The notes under the pieces are model-generated. The model saw nothing but the letters and a program-made list of their open reading frames with translations. It had not been told where the DNA came from and ran no database searches. Below, one piece after another: positions 13,323-26,744 of a stretch of 64,000 bases of DNA. This DNA comes from Eledone cirrhosa (lineage: Eukaryota). Position 1 is the first letter of the stretch; every line of letters starts with the position of its first letter. The translations under genes and the position numbers were made by a program. The stretch is taken from NCBI GenBank assembly GCA_964016885.1, contig OZ024744.1, positions 76,508,001-76,572,000 of the forward strand, in the 5' to 3' direction.

Positions 13323-13327
<5 letters not shown>
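12676..13327. mobile_element. Unclassified element bounded by ~45-bp direct repeats, in (TA)n
   Basis: gttgtttttcgttaattcctaagccgaaatacgattctcg occurs at both ends. Partial homology to 17821-18020 and 13550-13600. Confidence 0.5.
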
Positions 13328-13358
<31 letters not shown>

Positions 13359-13440
13359 AATAAATTAACAGAGAACAAAAAAGAGAGAGGCAGTACAAAT
13401 GATATGGTTTTTAGTTTCACGCTTCATAGTGGGGGGTGGG

Positions 13441-13546
<106 letters not shown>

Positions 13547-14158
13547 GAGTATATATATGGAAGTTTAGTAAAATCGAAGCTTCGGCTCTGGCGAAACCAA
13601 CGAGATATAATGAGGAGTTGTGCAGCCAAGCACTCAATGAGGAATCTCAGAGTAATAACATTCGTTAGACGGCATGACAAATTGAAAACTGTGGCAGGCA
13701 AGCCTAGCCACGACACCGAAGCAACGAGAAAACCAACAGGTTAATAATACAAACCTGGACCATCTCAGAGGCAGATCGTCGTTTCTCCGATAGGTTTCTA
13801 TGAATCCAAAATCAACAATCCTACATGCGCAAGTATACAAGTTTTGGTGTTTGAAGACCGAACTGGGGATTCATGATATCAACAGGTTTCCGTTCTGTGC
13901 CTTGACCCGGTGTGGTATGAAGTAGTCTATATATATCTGAAGAATTAGATACGATCTTTGTGCAGTACTTAAGTTTTCTGAAGCACCTGTCGTTAGAACT
14001 CACACAGTATAATTTCTCGTTCCGACCATTCTTGAGACAAAATATAGATATCCAAGGAACAAAAATAAAAATATAAAAACAACCAGAACTAACGAAAAAC
14101 AGTATAAATCTAAAGATTGCTCATGGTTAGGGTCACATACATGAGTGTATGTCCGTGA

Positions 14159-14206
<48 letters not shown>

Positions 14207-14292
14207 AGTTCCGAACACAAAGGAACCAAATTCCCACTGTCACTGCTTCCGTCTCTTCTGCTCTACCCATCTCTCATTATTATAAGTAAATA

Positions 14293-14650
14293 AGGGCGGT
14301 GGATTGGCAGTATCGGTAGAGGGTCGGACGCCATGCTTTCCAGCATAGTTGCGTCCCTTTACGATCTGAGTTCAAATCCCGCCGAGGTTGACTTTGCCTT
14401 GCATCCTTACGGGGTCGATAAAATAAAGTACCAGTAATGCACTGGGTAATTGCTGGCCTTGTGCCTAAAGTAGAAACAATTATTATAAGTAAATGGCTCC
14501 TTCACGACCTGAGTTCAAATCCTGCCGAGGTTAGCTTTGCCTTATATCCTTACGAGGTCGATAAAATAAAGTACCAGTAATGCACAGGGGTCGATTTAAT
14601 CGACTTTCCCTACCCCCAAATTGTTGGTCTTGTGCCTAAATCAGAAACCA
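14293..14650 (+). mobile_element. tRNA-derived ~190-bp SINE plus a partial second copy
   Basis: ggcggtggattggcagtatcggtagag (A box)...gagttcaaatccc (B box)...ctttgcctttcatccttacggggtcgataaaataaagtaccag...gtagaaacaatta. More than 12 copies or fragments in the window. Confidence 0.85.
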
Positions 14651-14664
14651 TTATTATCAGTAAA

Positions 14665-14760
14665 TGGGGATTCACTTGCTGGCCGCCCCGAGTGCCGCAG
14701 CGGACAGAATGGAGAAGCCGTTTCCCCGGAGGACGGTGAGGGGGGACGTTCTGGAAAAGC
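14665..14760 (-). mobile_element. CRE-like RLE LINE 3' fragment
   Basis: Homologous to 18500-18570 (LTVLRGNGFSILS). Confidence 0.55.
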
Positions 14761-15000
14761 CAATAATTTTATTTTTTGTAAGTTGGGATATATCCCTCCG
14801 TTTGTGCATTTCCATTAGAAAAATACAAAAGTCTAGAAATAGTTATTTGTTTAGACAATGTAACTTTCTATCAGATACAATATATTGTCTGATATTAAGC
14901 CATGTTAATGTGTATAAAAAAGGTTTTGGGTGCAACTATTTTGTGTGAAAACGTGCATGTATATGCGAAGTCGAATTTGTTATGGTCTGTCTCAATAGGT

Positions 15001-15044
<44 letters not shown>

Positions 15045-15959
15045 ATCTGTACGTTTGAAAATAGTATATTGTTACTGTTATAGTATGTATAATGTTATTT
15101 AATATGAAAGTAATGTCTGACATGAAATATGAAAGTGTCTATTAAATGATATTTCGTTTATAGATTATTTATTTAGTATAGAGATAGCGGATGTTGTGTG
15201 CTGCCGGTTTACATGTTAGTCATGTGTTGGTGGGATTTTTCCAATTGGCTAGTATGAATTTGTCACTCTTTGGGCCACCCTTAAGGAAGTTAATCTTGTA
15301 TTGTTTTTAATTGCTCAAAATATGAGCTTTCTGCATTGTATAAAGTTGGCATTTGCTTATTACGTTAGTCTATGGACTGCATTTTTCAAGAGCTCTTCAC
15401 CTGATGTCGCCTTTATCAGTTTCAAAATATAGTTGTGGAAATTTGCTTGTTAACATATCTAAACATATCTGTCACAAAAATCTGTTTATGACCTTTTCTT
15501 AATGACATGGTACGGTTAAAAATCCTCAGATTGATTTTACTCTCAATCATGCTTATATAATTCTTCTTCCCAACAGTTTGACGAGATATGTTTGAGGTAA
15601 CTTCAGTTTCAATCGATTCCATCTTTCATGCCTGCTGTACAGCGTATGTTTCAGACTTCCTATTCAGACAACAAAATTCATTCGCAATGGAACTGCAATA
15701 GTATGTTAATTCTCACACAAACTTTATCGAATTTCTTCCAATACCTGTGCGTTACCGAAATTTCATATCTATATTAATGTTAAAACTTCATAATGGCGAA
15801 TGGAGAATGTACTGGATAATTTTTCCGGCCTTATCCCTGTACAAATATTGAGAGTGAATGAAGTTTTCACCATGAAATCACTGTTAGTTACAGCATTAGT
15901 GTATTAAGTGGTTACTTTGTCAAGAATATCTTTTGAGGAAGACTGGAAATAACATTAGC

Positions 15960-16445
15960 TGGTTGGATGGTTAACTGACTCGCTGGTTAGTTGGTTAAGG
16001 GGCTGGCTGGTTGGTTAGTTGACTGGCTGGTTGGCTGGTTGGTTAGTTAGTTGATTGGGTGGTTGGCTGGTTGGTTGGTTAGTTGACTGGCTGGTTGGCT
16101 GGTTGTCTGGTTAGCTAGTTGGTTGGTTGTTTGGTGATGTCTGGTTGGTTAGTTGGTTGGCTGGTTGGTTGGCTGGTTGGCTGGTTGGTTGGTTTGTTGG
16201 TTGGTTCACTGATTGGTTGGCTGTTTGGTTTGTTGGTTGGCTGGTTGTCTGGTTGTCTGGTTGGCTGGTTGATTGGTTGGCTCGTTGGCTGGGTGGCTGG
16301 CTGGTTGTTCGGTTGGTTAGTTGGTTAGTTGGTTAGTTGGTTGGTTGGCTGGTTGACTGGTTGGTTGGCAGGTTGACTAGTTGGTTGGATGTTTAAATAC
16401 CTGGCTGGTTGGGTGGCTGGTTGGCTGGTTAGATGGTTGGTTGGT
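15960..16445. repeat. (GGTT/GGCT)n degenerate tetranucleotide repeat
   Basis: Direct inspection. Confidence 0.95.
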
Positions 16446-16501
16446 AAAAGCAAAGATATGTAGCTAGATAGATAGATAAGTAGAAAGATATATATATATA
16501 T

Positions 16502-17720
16502 TATACCTTCAATGAGTTAGGACTTAGGATAACAGTAGCCACCAACCTCTCTAGCGTAGATTTCTTAGACATTAATTTATACTTTCGCACACACACCCAC
16601 AGACCCTTCCATAAGCTAAACCAGAAACTAAATTACATTCACAAGGACTTATGCCACCCTCTCACTGTTTTTAGAAACTTCGTTAAGAATATCAGTACTA
16701 GAATCTCAAACCTCTCCTCTAATAAGGCTATCTTTGACAGGGCGGCACCCTACTATAACACGGCGTTGGCTAACAGCGGCTTCTCACAACCCATCACTTA
16801 CTCTCCCACTAGCAACAACACCATTAGGAAAAGTAAGCGCAACAATAGACAAACTATCTGGTTCTCTCCTCCCTGCTCACTCAACGTTAAAATTAATGTA
16901 GGAAACACATTTCTAGCCCTCTTAGATAGACACTTTCCCATAGGTCATAAATACCGCTCCATCTTTAACCGACACAAAGTTAAACTAGGATACTCCTGCG
17001 CTAAGAACATGAAGGCCCACATCACCAGCAGCCCTAGGAGCAACACCCCACCAGGGTGTTCTTGCCGTAAGCCTGAAGCAATGCAACACACCAGCTGTAA
17101 TTTACGAAGCTGTGGTCACTTCCAACCGACCAAACGAACCACAGGAGGTCAAATCCTATGTGGGAATGGCGGAGGGCCTATTTAATGAACGTTTTCTGAA
17201 CCACCAGTCTACCTTCAGGTACCCGGACAGACGTTCATCCACGAAACTCGCGAGCCACGTATGGTCCCTCAAGGACTCAAGTATAGACTACTCCATTCAA
17301 TAGAAAGCCATCACTAAGTCCAAGCCATACGCAAGGGGAAATCCGACGTGTGGCTTATGTATTTACGAACGAATAACTATTCTAAAGAGATTACGCAATA
17401 GTGATTGCCTAAACACGAGAAATGAATTTTTCACACGTTGTCCACATGTCGCCAAACACCTATTGCATAACTACAAGGCTCCGGACTGATTCTTTGTAAT
17501 TTTATTTTTCAAATAAAAACTTTTCGGACTTTCGCAGTTATCTCCCTTACACCTCTCGCACGCATTCTAGTATTGCCTGTGTGAAGTGACCGGGTTTCTG
17601 CGCATGCGCGTTTGTACGGTTGTCCTTCCTGTTACTATAACCATGCCCATTCCGAGCTGAGGATCCGCTAAGGGGAAACAATTGTTCTCGGTATGGTGAA
17701 CTAACTGTTGTGTAACCACT
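16502..17720 (+). mobile_element. 5'-truncated Penelope-like element (RT thumb, GIY-YIG endonuclease, 3' HHR)
   Basis: DFLDI, YIHKDLCHP, WFSPP, KLGYSC, CSCR, VIYEA..SYVGMAEG.F.ERF.NH..TF, CGLC.YE, LNTRNE..CPH. Frameshifted. Confidence 0.9.
17647..17696 (+). ncRNA. Minimal type I hammerhead ribozyme
   Basis: ccat-t-ccgag-CTGAGGA-tcc(gctaa)ggg-GAAA-C-AATT-G-T-T-ctcgg-t-atgg at the 3' end of a PLE. Confidence 0.85.
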
Positions 17721-17823
<103 letters not shown>

Positions 17824-18044
17824 GAATAATCGAGTATCGAAAAATCGGCGCATGAGTTCACGATAAACAAAATTCAAAATGAGCGGCAGAGGGCTCAATA
17901 ATTCAGATAAATCAGAGCTATAACTATCGTTAAAATACCGACACACATAGAACATGTCTAAAATCAACCATACGACCGAAAAATTACGATCTGGAAGATT
18001 CGGGACACTCAGATAAAATATCAATAAATCAATAAATCAAATGA

Positions 18045-18114
<70 letters not shown>

Positions 18115-18344
18115 GTCTGCCTCTCTTATATACAGAGAGAGAGATGTTTTTTTTGTAGATAGATAGATAGATTACTTGTTTGGTTAGTTATGCACATTAA
18201 TTGATTGATTAGCATAAAAATAAACAGATCAATAAAACTTGATAAATTGATTGATAGAAAATTCAATATATATTGGAAATATAGAGAAACTTTTTTACAT
18301 AAACAGCAAACTAATCTTTCTTTATTTTTTTCTTTATCACAAGG

Positions 18345-18700
18345 TGGCACTATATGCCAGTAGGTATAAGTATCGGTCGCTCTCCGACAGGTTTGTGGTC
18401 GTGCCCCTAGCAGTGGAGACTTCTGGTGTCCTTGACCCTAGGGCTACCTCCCTACTTACCACCATAGGCGCTGAGCTGACCAACCGCACGTGTGAATGGA
18501 ATGGTTTTCCGGAATATCTACCTCACCATCCTCCGGGGAAACGTTTTCTCCATTACGTCCGCCGGGGCTGTGGGGGGGGGGGGGAAGCCAGCACGTGGGA
18601 CCCCATTTGCTCACTATACAGAGAGATGGGGAAGGGTGCAGGAGATGGAGGCGATGACAGTGGGAGTTCGGCTCCTCCACGTTCGGACTATATCCTTGTG
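18345..18700 (+). mobile_element. CRE-like RLE LINE 3' fragment
   Basis: RYKYRSLSDRFVVVPLAVETSGVL...IG..L and LTILRGNVFSI, the C-terminal pattern of restriction-like endonuclease LINEs. Confidence 0.7.
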
Positions 18701-19193
18701 ATTGTGTTTATTATCTATATAGAAAATTATTTATTTCCTAATATAATATATATTGTAGATATGTATGGTAAGTAAGTAGGTAGGTAAGTAAGTATATGGA
18801 AATTCAGTGCTTACTTAATTAGAAAAGGAACTCTCAACAAAGTTGTCTTGGAGTCTTAAGAAAAACCATAAACGTATAGCATTATTCTTGAAAAACAATT
18901 AAACCAAGAAAAGTTGTCTTATAGAAAGTCTTTTTATTCTCAAGAGATCACTCACTCACTCTCTCTCTCCCTCCTTCACCTCTCTCTCCCCCCTCTTTTT
19001 CTTTCCCTCTCGCTCTCAACAGCTTCTTGATAAAACTAACATACATATATATATATATACATATGATTATATACACAAATGTATGTATGTATAAATATGA
19101 ATGCGTGTGTATATATATATATATATACATTCACATATACGTATTATAAACACATGTAAAGGACAAAATGTAAATATTTATATTCATATCATA

Positions 19194-19238
<45 letters not shown>

Positions 19239-20634
19239 GTGTTTGTGTGTGTGTGTGTATATGTATATATGTATATATATATATGTATATGTATATGTGC
19301 ATATAGATAGATAGTTATACATTCACATATACATACATACATATATACATTACATTATATACATACATTATATACATACATAAGTACCGGTAATGCACTG
19401 GATAATTGCTGGCCTTGTGCCTAAAGTAGAAACAATTACATTATATACATACATACGAACGTACATACATACATACATACATACATACATACATACATAC
19501 ATACATACATACATACGTACGTACGTACATACATACATGCTCACTTACATACTTACATACATACATATGTACATACATACATACATGCACACTTACATAC
19601 ATACACTACAATACATTCTATACATATACACACATACACTTGCCTTTAAAAAAAACCCAAATCTCAGAAGACCTTCATCAGAGAGACAAAGAAAAAAAAA
19701 ATGAAATTATTGACTCTGGTAAGATGATCCCGTACTTTGGGCAACAACCCCTGCAGATTTCTCTTATGACCATTAACTTAATTAACGGAACTACCCACTA
19801 GTTATATTATATTCTAAGTAAGTGGTCGAGTAATCTTCAGATATGTATACCATACCAACAATGTTACAATCTTGTAGAAGAAAGAATCAGCACAACATTG
19901 TGTACACATATATATATACACATATATAAAAACATATTTATATTAATACACATATATACACATATATAAACATATATATATATATATTGATACACACATA
20001 CACACACATATATATATATATAAACATATATATATTGATACACATATATACACATATATATATATATATTGACACATATGTTGTGTGTTTGACAGGTTGG
20101 GCGCCCGCTATGAATGAGAAGGTACCACAAACACCCACACACTCACAAAAAGGGGAAGTACTCATAAAGCTTATGTTTATGTTCACCCTTTTCCTGCTCT
20201 TCCACCACACCACCCATCCACTGACCCATATATATATATATATATATGTATGACACATACACACACACACGCGCGCGCAAAACACATATACACACAAACA
20301 AAAGAGGAGAATACTCATAAAGTTTATGCTAATGTTCACCACGCTTCAGTCCTTCCACCATAAACCCCACCACTTTACTGATCGACCCCTAGCTGTTATG
20401 ATAGAAGCTATTTGCTATTCGTTGAATGAATGTTATTGGAAATTGGGACCTTTTGCGTGATTTTGTGACCATTTTGTGACCATTTTGTGACCATTCCTGC
20501 GTGTGCATACACACACGCACACACACAAACACACACACTCACTTACATATATATTGAGACACACACATACACATACACACACACACGCACAAACATATAC
20601 ATTTACATACACATACACACATATAGGCACACAG

Positions 20635-20682
<48 letters not shown>

Positions 20683-20734
20683 AGGTAATGAAGATAACAT
20701 AGCGACATAATAATACAGAATATTATTAGTTTCA

Positions 20735-20922
20735 CGCGGTGGATTGGCAGTATCGGTAGAGAGTCGGACGCCATGCTTTCCAGCATAGTTACGTCCCTTT
20801 ACGGTCTGTGTTCAAATCCCGCTGAGGTTCACTTTGCCTTTCATCTTTTCGGGGTCGATAAAATAAAGTACCAGTAATGTACTGGGTAATTGCTGGCCTT
20901 GTGACAAAAGTAGAAACAATTA
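20735..20922 (+). mobile_element. tRNA-derived SINE
   Basis: Same family as 14293. Confidence 0.85.
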
Positions 20923-21499
20923 TTAGTTCACGCTTGTTGGACAATGAAATATATATATATAAAATATATGGAGAATAGGATTGGCTGTGTAGTTCCTAGA
21001 TAAGTTAGGCTTAGAAATGGAATGAGAATAAGAAGAAAGCAAGAACGTGGGGGGGGGGGTCCTCATCAGTTGTCTGCTGGGGGTTTCGGATATTTCAACT
21101 CTTTAATGACAATATATCTACCCCAGAGCGTTCAATAACTGGGTAAGTTATTGGGAAAACGGAGGAGGGAGGGAAGGAAGGGAAAGGGGAAAAAGGGAAG
21201 AAAAGAGAAAACAGCGAAAAAAAACAACAAACCAGGGAATGTGTGGGCAACTTAAGGTAAGAAAATCCAAGACCACAACGGTAACAGACCTTGAGTTCGA
21301 GAGCGTGTGGGCGAACGAAAAGACACGACTGACCCCACCGATTGTAAGTGAGAAAAGGATTGCTAGAGGGTCAGGCGAGGGAAACAATGAGGTGGTTGCC
21401 AGAGAGAGGGTGAGTGAAAGTGGGAGGGAGAACGGGGGAGGAAGAAAGAAGGTGAAGAGTAGATAGTAACGAAATAGGTAGGTATATATATACATATAT

Positions 21500-21765
21500 A
21501 TATAAGTATGTACACGTACATACATATATGTATACAGACGTACAGTAGTATGTATATATATACATACATGCACACATATATATATGTACTTATGGATTCA
21601 CCGAACATTTATTATAATGCTCGGTGTGTTTACAAACACACCGAGCATTATAATAAATGTTCGGTGAATCCATAAGTACATGTATATATGTGTGCATGTA
21701 TGTATATATATACATACTACTGTACGTCTGTATACATATATGTATGTACGTGTACATACTTATAT
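21500..21765. repeat. Near-perfect palindrome, ~132-bp arms, 2-nt spacer
   Basis: Centre ggtgtgttt-ac-aaacacacc at 21632-21633. Confidence 0.9.
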
Positions 21766-22529
21766 TTAAGTAACAGCCGTACTAAGAGTGGGTAATGAAA
21801 TTTCGTTTCATTTTTTTCCGTTTACATATATATATATATATAGGGATGAAAAATGGTGGGCTGCGTTGTTGCGGATGTGATACATATGAATTAAAAAATA
21901 GAGTAAGAAACCAGGACTAACCATCATCAGTGATCTTCTGGCCCTCATAGGTATTTCTTCGCATTAAAGATCATATACCTCAGGCCAGCACGAGCAATAA
22001 CTAAATAAAGTTAATGGGATAAAAAGAATTGGATGGAGAAAGAGAGAGATGTAAACAAACAAGAATGGTAAGGCAACGTAAAGGGTGAACATAAAGAACT
22101 CGAAGTTTGAAAGCCACGACAATACGGGTTTGGACGGGAAATAATTAAATTGTAAGAAATAGGGATTGTTTTTTTACCTTAGTTTATTCATATATCCTGA
22201 TATTTCCAGATTAATATCTCTTCTTCTGAGGAAAATAAAGGAATTATTCCAGTGTCCAATGTAGCTTGTTATACCATGCTAGTATAGGAAGCCACATCGG
22301 ATAGAAGTCGTCTTCCTCACTGATTAACGAAAGTGTGCACACTGGCGGGCTGGGTTCAAATTTTAATAATACGATATATTGTATTTCTTTTACGATATAT
22401 GGCCCTTTCTCTCTATATATAAACATGTAACTTTTACAATTGGTTATTACGTTTCTAGATAAAGTCTATTAAGCTTGCTTATTAAGAAACACAATTGTAA
22501 AGATATTTTAATATGTTTTGATTCATTAT

Positions 22530-22713
22530 GAATTGGCAGTATCGGTAGAGGGTCGGATGCCATGCTTTCCAGCATAGTTACGTCCCTTTACGGTCTGAGT
22601 TCAAATCCCGTCGGGGTTAACTTTGCCTTTCATCCTTACGGGGTCGATAAAATAAAGTACCAGGAATGTACTGGGTAATTGCTGGCCTTGTGCCAAAAGT
22701 AGAAACAATTATT

Positions 22714-22746
<33 letters not shown>

Positions 22747-23022
22747 AGTGTAACTTGGAGTTACTGTAGGTTCACCCGGGTGAGCACTCGATGTTTAGGT
22801 TCACTTCTGTATCGAGGTGTAGAGCTATACAGAGTGTATTGGATTGGCAGTATCGGTAGTGGGTCGGACGCCATGCTTTCCAGCATAGTTACGTCCCTTT
22901 ACGATCTGAGTTCAAATCCCGCCAAGGTTGACTTTGCCTTTCATCCTTACGGGGTCGATAAAATAAAGTACCAGTAATGCACTGGGTAATTGCTGGCCTT
23001 GTGCCTAAAGTAGAAACAATTA
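22530..23022 (+). mobile_element. Two tRNA-derived SINE copies (22530-22710 and 22838-23022)
   Basis: Same family as 14293. Confidence 0.85.
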
Positions 23023-23296
23023 TATTGAAAATATAACAAGGAGGATTGGTTACTCCTTCATTACCTTTATTGGTGGTAGGTGACGCGCGTTTCACCACTG
23101 ATCAGCTCAAGTTTCGATCTGTATCGATCTTACCCGACTCAATAATCCGCAGCTCGTCGGACCCCTTAAAATGGTAGTAGAAAATTGAGTCGGGTAAGAT
23201 CGATACAGCTCGAACCATGAGCCGATCAGTGGCGAAACGCGCGTCACCTATCAATAAATGTAATGAAGGAGTAACCAATCGTCCTTGTTATCTTTT

Positions 23297-23302
<6 letters not shown>
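23022..23302. mobile_element. Fold-back cassette with degenerate HHR (23078-23165, minus strand)
   Basis: ~120-bp arms. Minus strand reads gggt-CCGACGA-gctgc...gtggt-GAAA-C-GCGC-G-T-C-acct (one core substitution). Confidence 0.7.
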
Positions 23303-23333
<31 letters not shown>

Positions 23334-24112
23334 CAAATAATGTCTCTGATCGAGACGAAACAAGAATACATACAAAAATAAGAAAACTTATTACAACGAT
23401 AGGCAAAAATACCTCAGATGACAGAGACCAGAGGCCAGTGGTCAACAGAGAGACAAACCATAAGGTGGGTTACAGGCAGATGAAATATAGAAAAAAAAAC
23501 TGAAAGAGGAGGACAAGAGGTGCGCTGGTGCACAGAAGTGAACTGAAGAAGGAAATAAAGAAAGGCGATGTATAAAACAAGTTCACACGCACACACACAC
23601 ATCTTCACTCTCATCAGCTCTCAAACCAGTAAAATGGTTTCGCACGATTTAATATGTGTGTGCGTGTGTATGTGTGTGGTGCATGTGAATGTGTGTGTGT
23701 TGTGTTGTGTTGTGTGTGCGTGCGTGTGTGTGTGTTGTTTTCATTTACATGTTTTATGTCTTCACTCTCATCAGCTCTCAAACCAGTAAAATGGTTTCGC
23801 ACGATTTAATATGTATGTGTGGGTGTGTGTGTGGGTGTGGTGCGTATGAGTGTGTGTGTGTCTGTGTTGTGTGCGCGTGCGTATGTGTATGTGTTGTGTT
23901 CATTTACATATTTTTTGTCTCCTAAAATAGTGGTACAACAAAAAAGAGATCGATAAATTAAGTACGAGATTTGAAATATATATTTTATATTATCGGAGTG
24001 GTTGATATAATCGACTAAACCCCTCATGCGGTGTCCGCCAGTGAATGACTGGAATCAGTAAATGAACAAATCAATATATTTACCATAGCATTACGGTCAA
24101 GGTTATGACAAT

Positions 24113-24440
24113 GAAGGCGCGTGGCTTTGTGGTTAGTATAATCGGCTTACAAGCGTGAGGTTGTGAGTTCGATTTCCGGTGGCGAGTTGTGTTCTTGAGC
24201 AAGACACTTTATTTCACGTTGCTCCAGTACACTCAGCTGGCAAAAATGAGTTGTATATGTATTTCGAAGGGCCAGCCTTGTCACATTCTGTGTCACACTG
24301 AATCTCCCTGAGAACTACGTTAAGGGTACGCATGTCTATGGAATGCTCATCCACTAGCACGTTAATTTCACGAGCAGGCTGTTTTCTGTTGATCGTATCC
24401 ACTGGAACACTCGTCGTCGTAACCGATGGAGTGCCTCAAA
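24113..24440 (+). mobile_element. tRNA-derived CORE-like SINE
   Basis: A-box and B-box like head and ttcttgagcaagacacttttatttcac core. Related to 5195. Confidence 0.75.
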
Positions 24441-24739
24441 CGGTGAATATGACTAATAGCATATTGATCATAACCATTTTCCATTTTTTAATTGCTTATT
24501 CTGTAGAGATATTGTGGTAATTTGGCGCCATAAATGGAGAATGCCATGGTTCCTTCAGTTTTATGAAAAAAAAATAATAATAAATAAATAAATGGCTCAA
24601 ATTTCTATCTGTTTAAAGCATAATTTAATAGGTTGAGGATCATCACGTGGTTAGGCACTGAATTTGGTGGTACTTTGGAGCCATAAAAACCGTAGTGCCA
24701 AGGTTTATGGCAGAGATTGGCAACCTTTTGAGGTGTGCG

Positions 24740-25518
24740 GACCACATAGCTATGTAGTGTCTCGTCGGTGGGCCAGATAGCTATAAAGTGTCTCGTCGGT
24801 GGGCCACATAGCTATGCAGTGTCTCGTCGGCGGGCCACATAGCTATGAAGTGTCTCCTCGGCGGGCCACATAGCTATGAAGTGTCTCCTCGGTGGGCCAC
24901 ATAGCTATGCAATGTCTCGTCGACAGGCCATATAGCTATGAAGTGTCTCGTCGGTGGGCCACATAGCTATGCAGTGTCTCGTCGGTGGGCCACATAGCTA
25001 TGCAGTGTCTCGTCGGCGGGCCACATAGCTATGCAATGTCTCGTCGACAGGCCATATAGCTATGCAGTGTCTCGTCGGTGGACCACATAGCTATGAAGTG
25101 TCTCCTCGGCGGGCCACATAGCTATGCAATGTCTCGTCGACAGGCCATATAGCTATGAAGTGTCTCGTCAGCGGGCCACATAGCTATGCAGTGTCTCGTC
25201 GGCGGGCCACATAGCTATGCAGTGTCTCGTCGACAGGCCATATAGCTATGCAGTGTCTCGTCGGCGGGCCACATAGCTATGCAGTGTCTCGTCGGCGGGC
25301 CTCATAGCTATGCAGTGTCTCGTGGCGGGCCACATAGCTATGCAGTGTCTCATCGGCGGGCCACATAGCTATGAAGTGTCTCGTCGGCGGGCCACATAGC
25401 TATGCAGTGTCTCGTCGGCAGGCCACATAGTTATACAGTGTCTCGTCGGCGGGCCACATAGCTATGCAGTGTCTCGTCGGTGGGCCACATAGCTATGAAG
25501 TGTCTCGTCGGCGGGCCA
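24740..25518. repeat. 31-bp minisatellite, about 25 units
   Basis: Unit ccacatagctatgcagtgtctcgtcggcggg, head to tail with no spacers. Confidence 0.95.
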
Positions 25519-25906
25519 TGATATCAAAATATAATAAATTGACTGGCAGTGTATTTAGATCAGGGTTGCCATTTGTTCGATGAAATAATTTACTATTAAT
25601 AATACTGAACACTTAACATAGAACAATAAATAAACATTTATTATTATCGAATACAGTCACTTACAGATGTTTTACTACCAGACAGCTAACTAAAATAAAA
25701 TATTTTGACGATGAAATGAAAGAACTGTATGCCAGACACGTTAACTTTTTTTAGGTAAGTCTGGGTCATTCCACATCGCTGCCATACACATACTATATAT
25801 ATACGTATATACACGAATACATACACACACTGTTTCCTTGACTTCGATGTCTGAGTTTGTTACTGTCACGCAAAAAATTACGTTCAGCTAGACGTGTTCT
25901 CTAGTC

Positions 25907-26418
25907 CAGCGGTTGCCAACCTTTCGGACCTCACGGACCACTAAATTCATAATTTTAATTCCCGCAGACCCCCTAATATGAATTAATGGTCAATATTCGA
26001 AACAATACTGAAGCATACGTGTGTCATATTGTCGATAGATGATACATATGTGTAAAATACTTTCATGGATGTTAATTCTTTACTGAAGAGAAACATTTTT
26101 TAGGGATGTTATAAAATATATTTTAACCGAATACTATTTTAATTGTGGATTGGCATTATCGGTAGAGGGTCAGACGCCATGTTTGCAGCAAAGAGTTACG
26201 GCCCTTTATGATCTGAGTTCAAATCCCGCGCAGGTTAACTTTACCATTCGTCCTTACGGGGTCGATAAAATGAAGTACCAGTAATGCACTGGGATAATTG
26301 CTGGCCTTGTTCCAAAAGTAGAAACAATTATTATTAATACATAAAAATTGCAAATAATGTTGATATTTTTCTGCGGATGACCAGCATTTTCCCTCGGACC
26401 ACCGGTTGGCGACCAGTG
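25907..26418. mobile_element. Nested hAT MITE containing a SINE (26145-26330)
   Basis: TIRs CAGCGGTTGCCAACC and (reverse complement) CACTGGTCGCCAACC. Perfect 8-bp TSD CTCTAGTC at 25899-25906 and 26419-26426. Confidence 0.9.
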
Positions 26419-26652
26419 CTCTAGTCGGTATTGTATCCAAAATAATTCAGAGCACTTTTTCAGTGATCACTTAGCCTAAGATTGAAACCTGTTGATGGGC
26501 CGGATAAAAATCCTTCGCGGGCCGAGGGTTGCCGACCCCTGCTTTAGGGAATATCGACAGTAGCAATTCATGTCTGTTTTTCGTGTGTTGGTAGTCATGG
26601 GAAGTTGGTATTGTCTCTGTGGAAATCCCCAACATTCAAAAGTACAGGAATG

Positions 26653-26688
<36 letters not shown>

Positions 26689-26744
26689 TCGTAGAACACG
26701 TTTTTGTTTCCTGCTTATCTGAGGACTCTGCCACCACGACCGTC

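Larger units (their letters stand above)
24711..26541. mobile_element. Non-autonomous hAT (Charlie-like) element
   Basis: TIRs CAGAGATTGGCAACC and (reverse complement) CAGGGGTCGGCAACC. Degenerate 8-bp TSD gtttatgg/ctttaggg. Confidence 0.75.

Noticed and set aside
14293-14390. tRNA gene
   Set aside because: A and B boxes are present but there is no cloverleaf, and the sequence continues into a multi-copy SINE body.
24740-25518. CRISPR-like array
   Set aside because: Units are contiguous with no unique spacers, the context is eukaryotic and there are no cas genes. It is a minisatellite.
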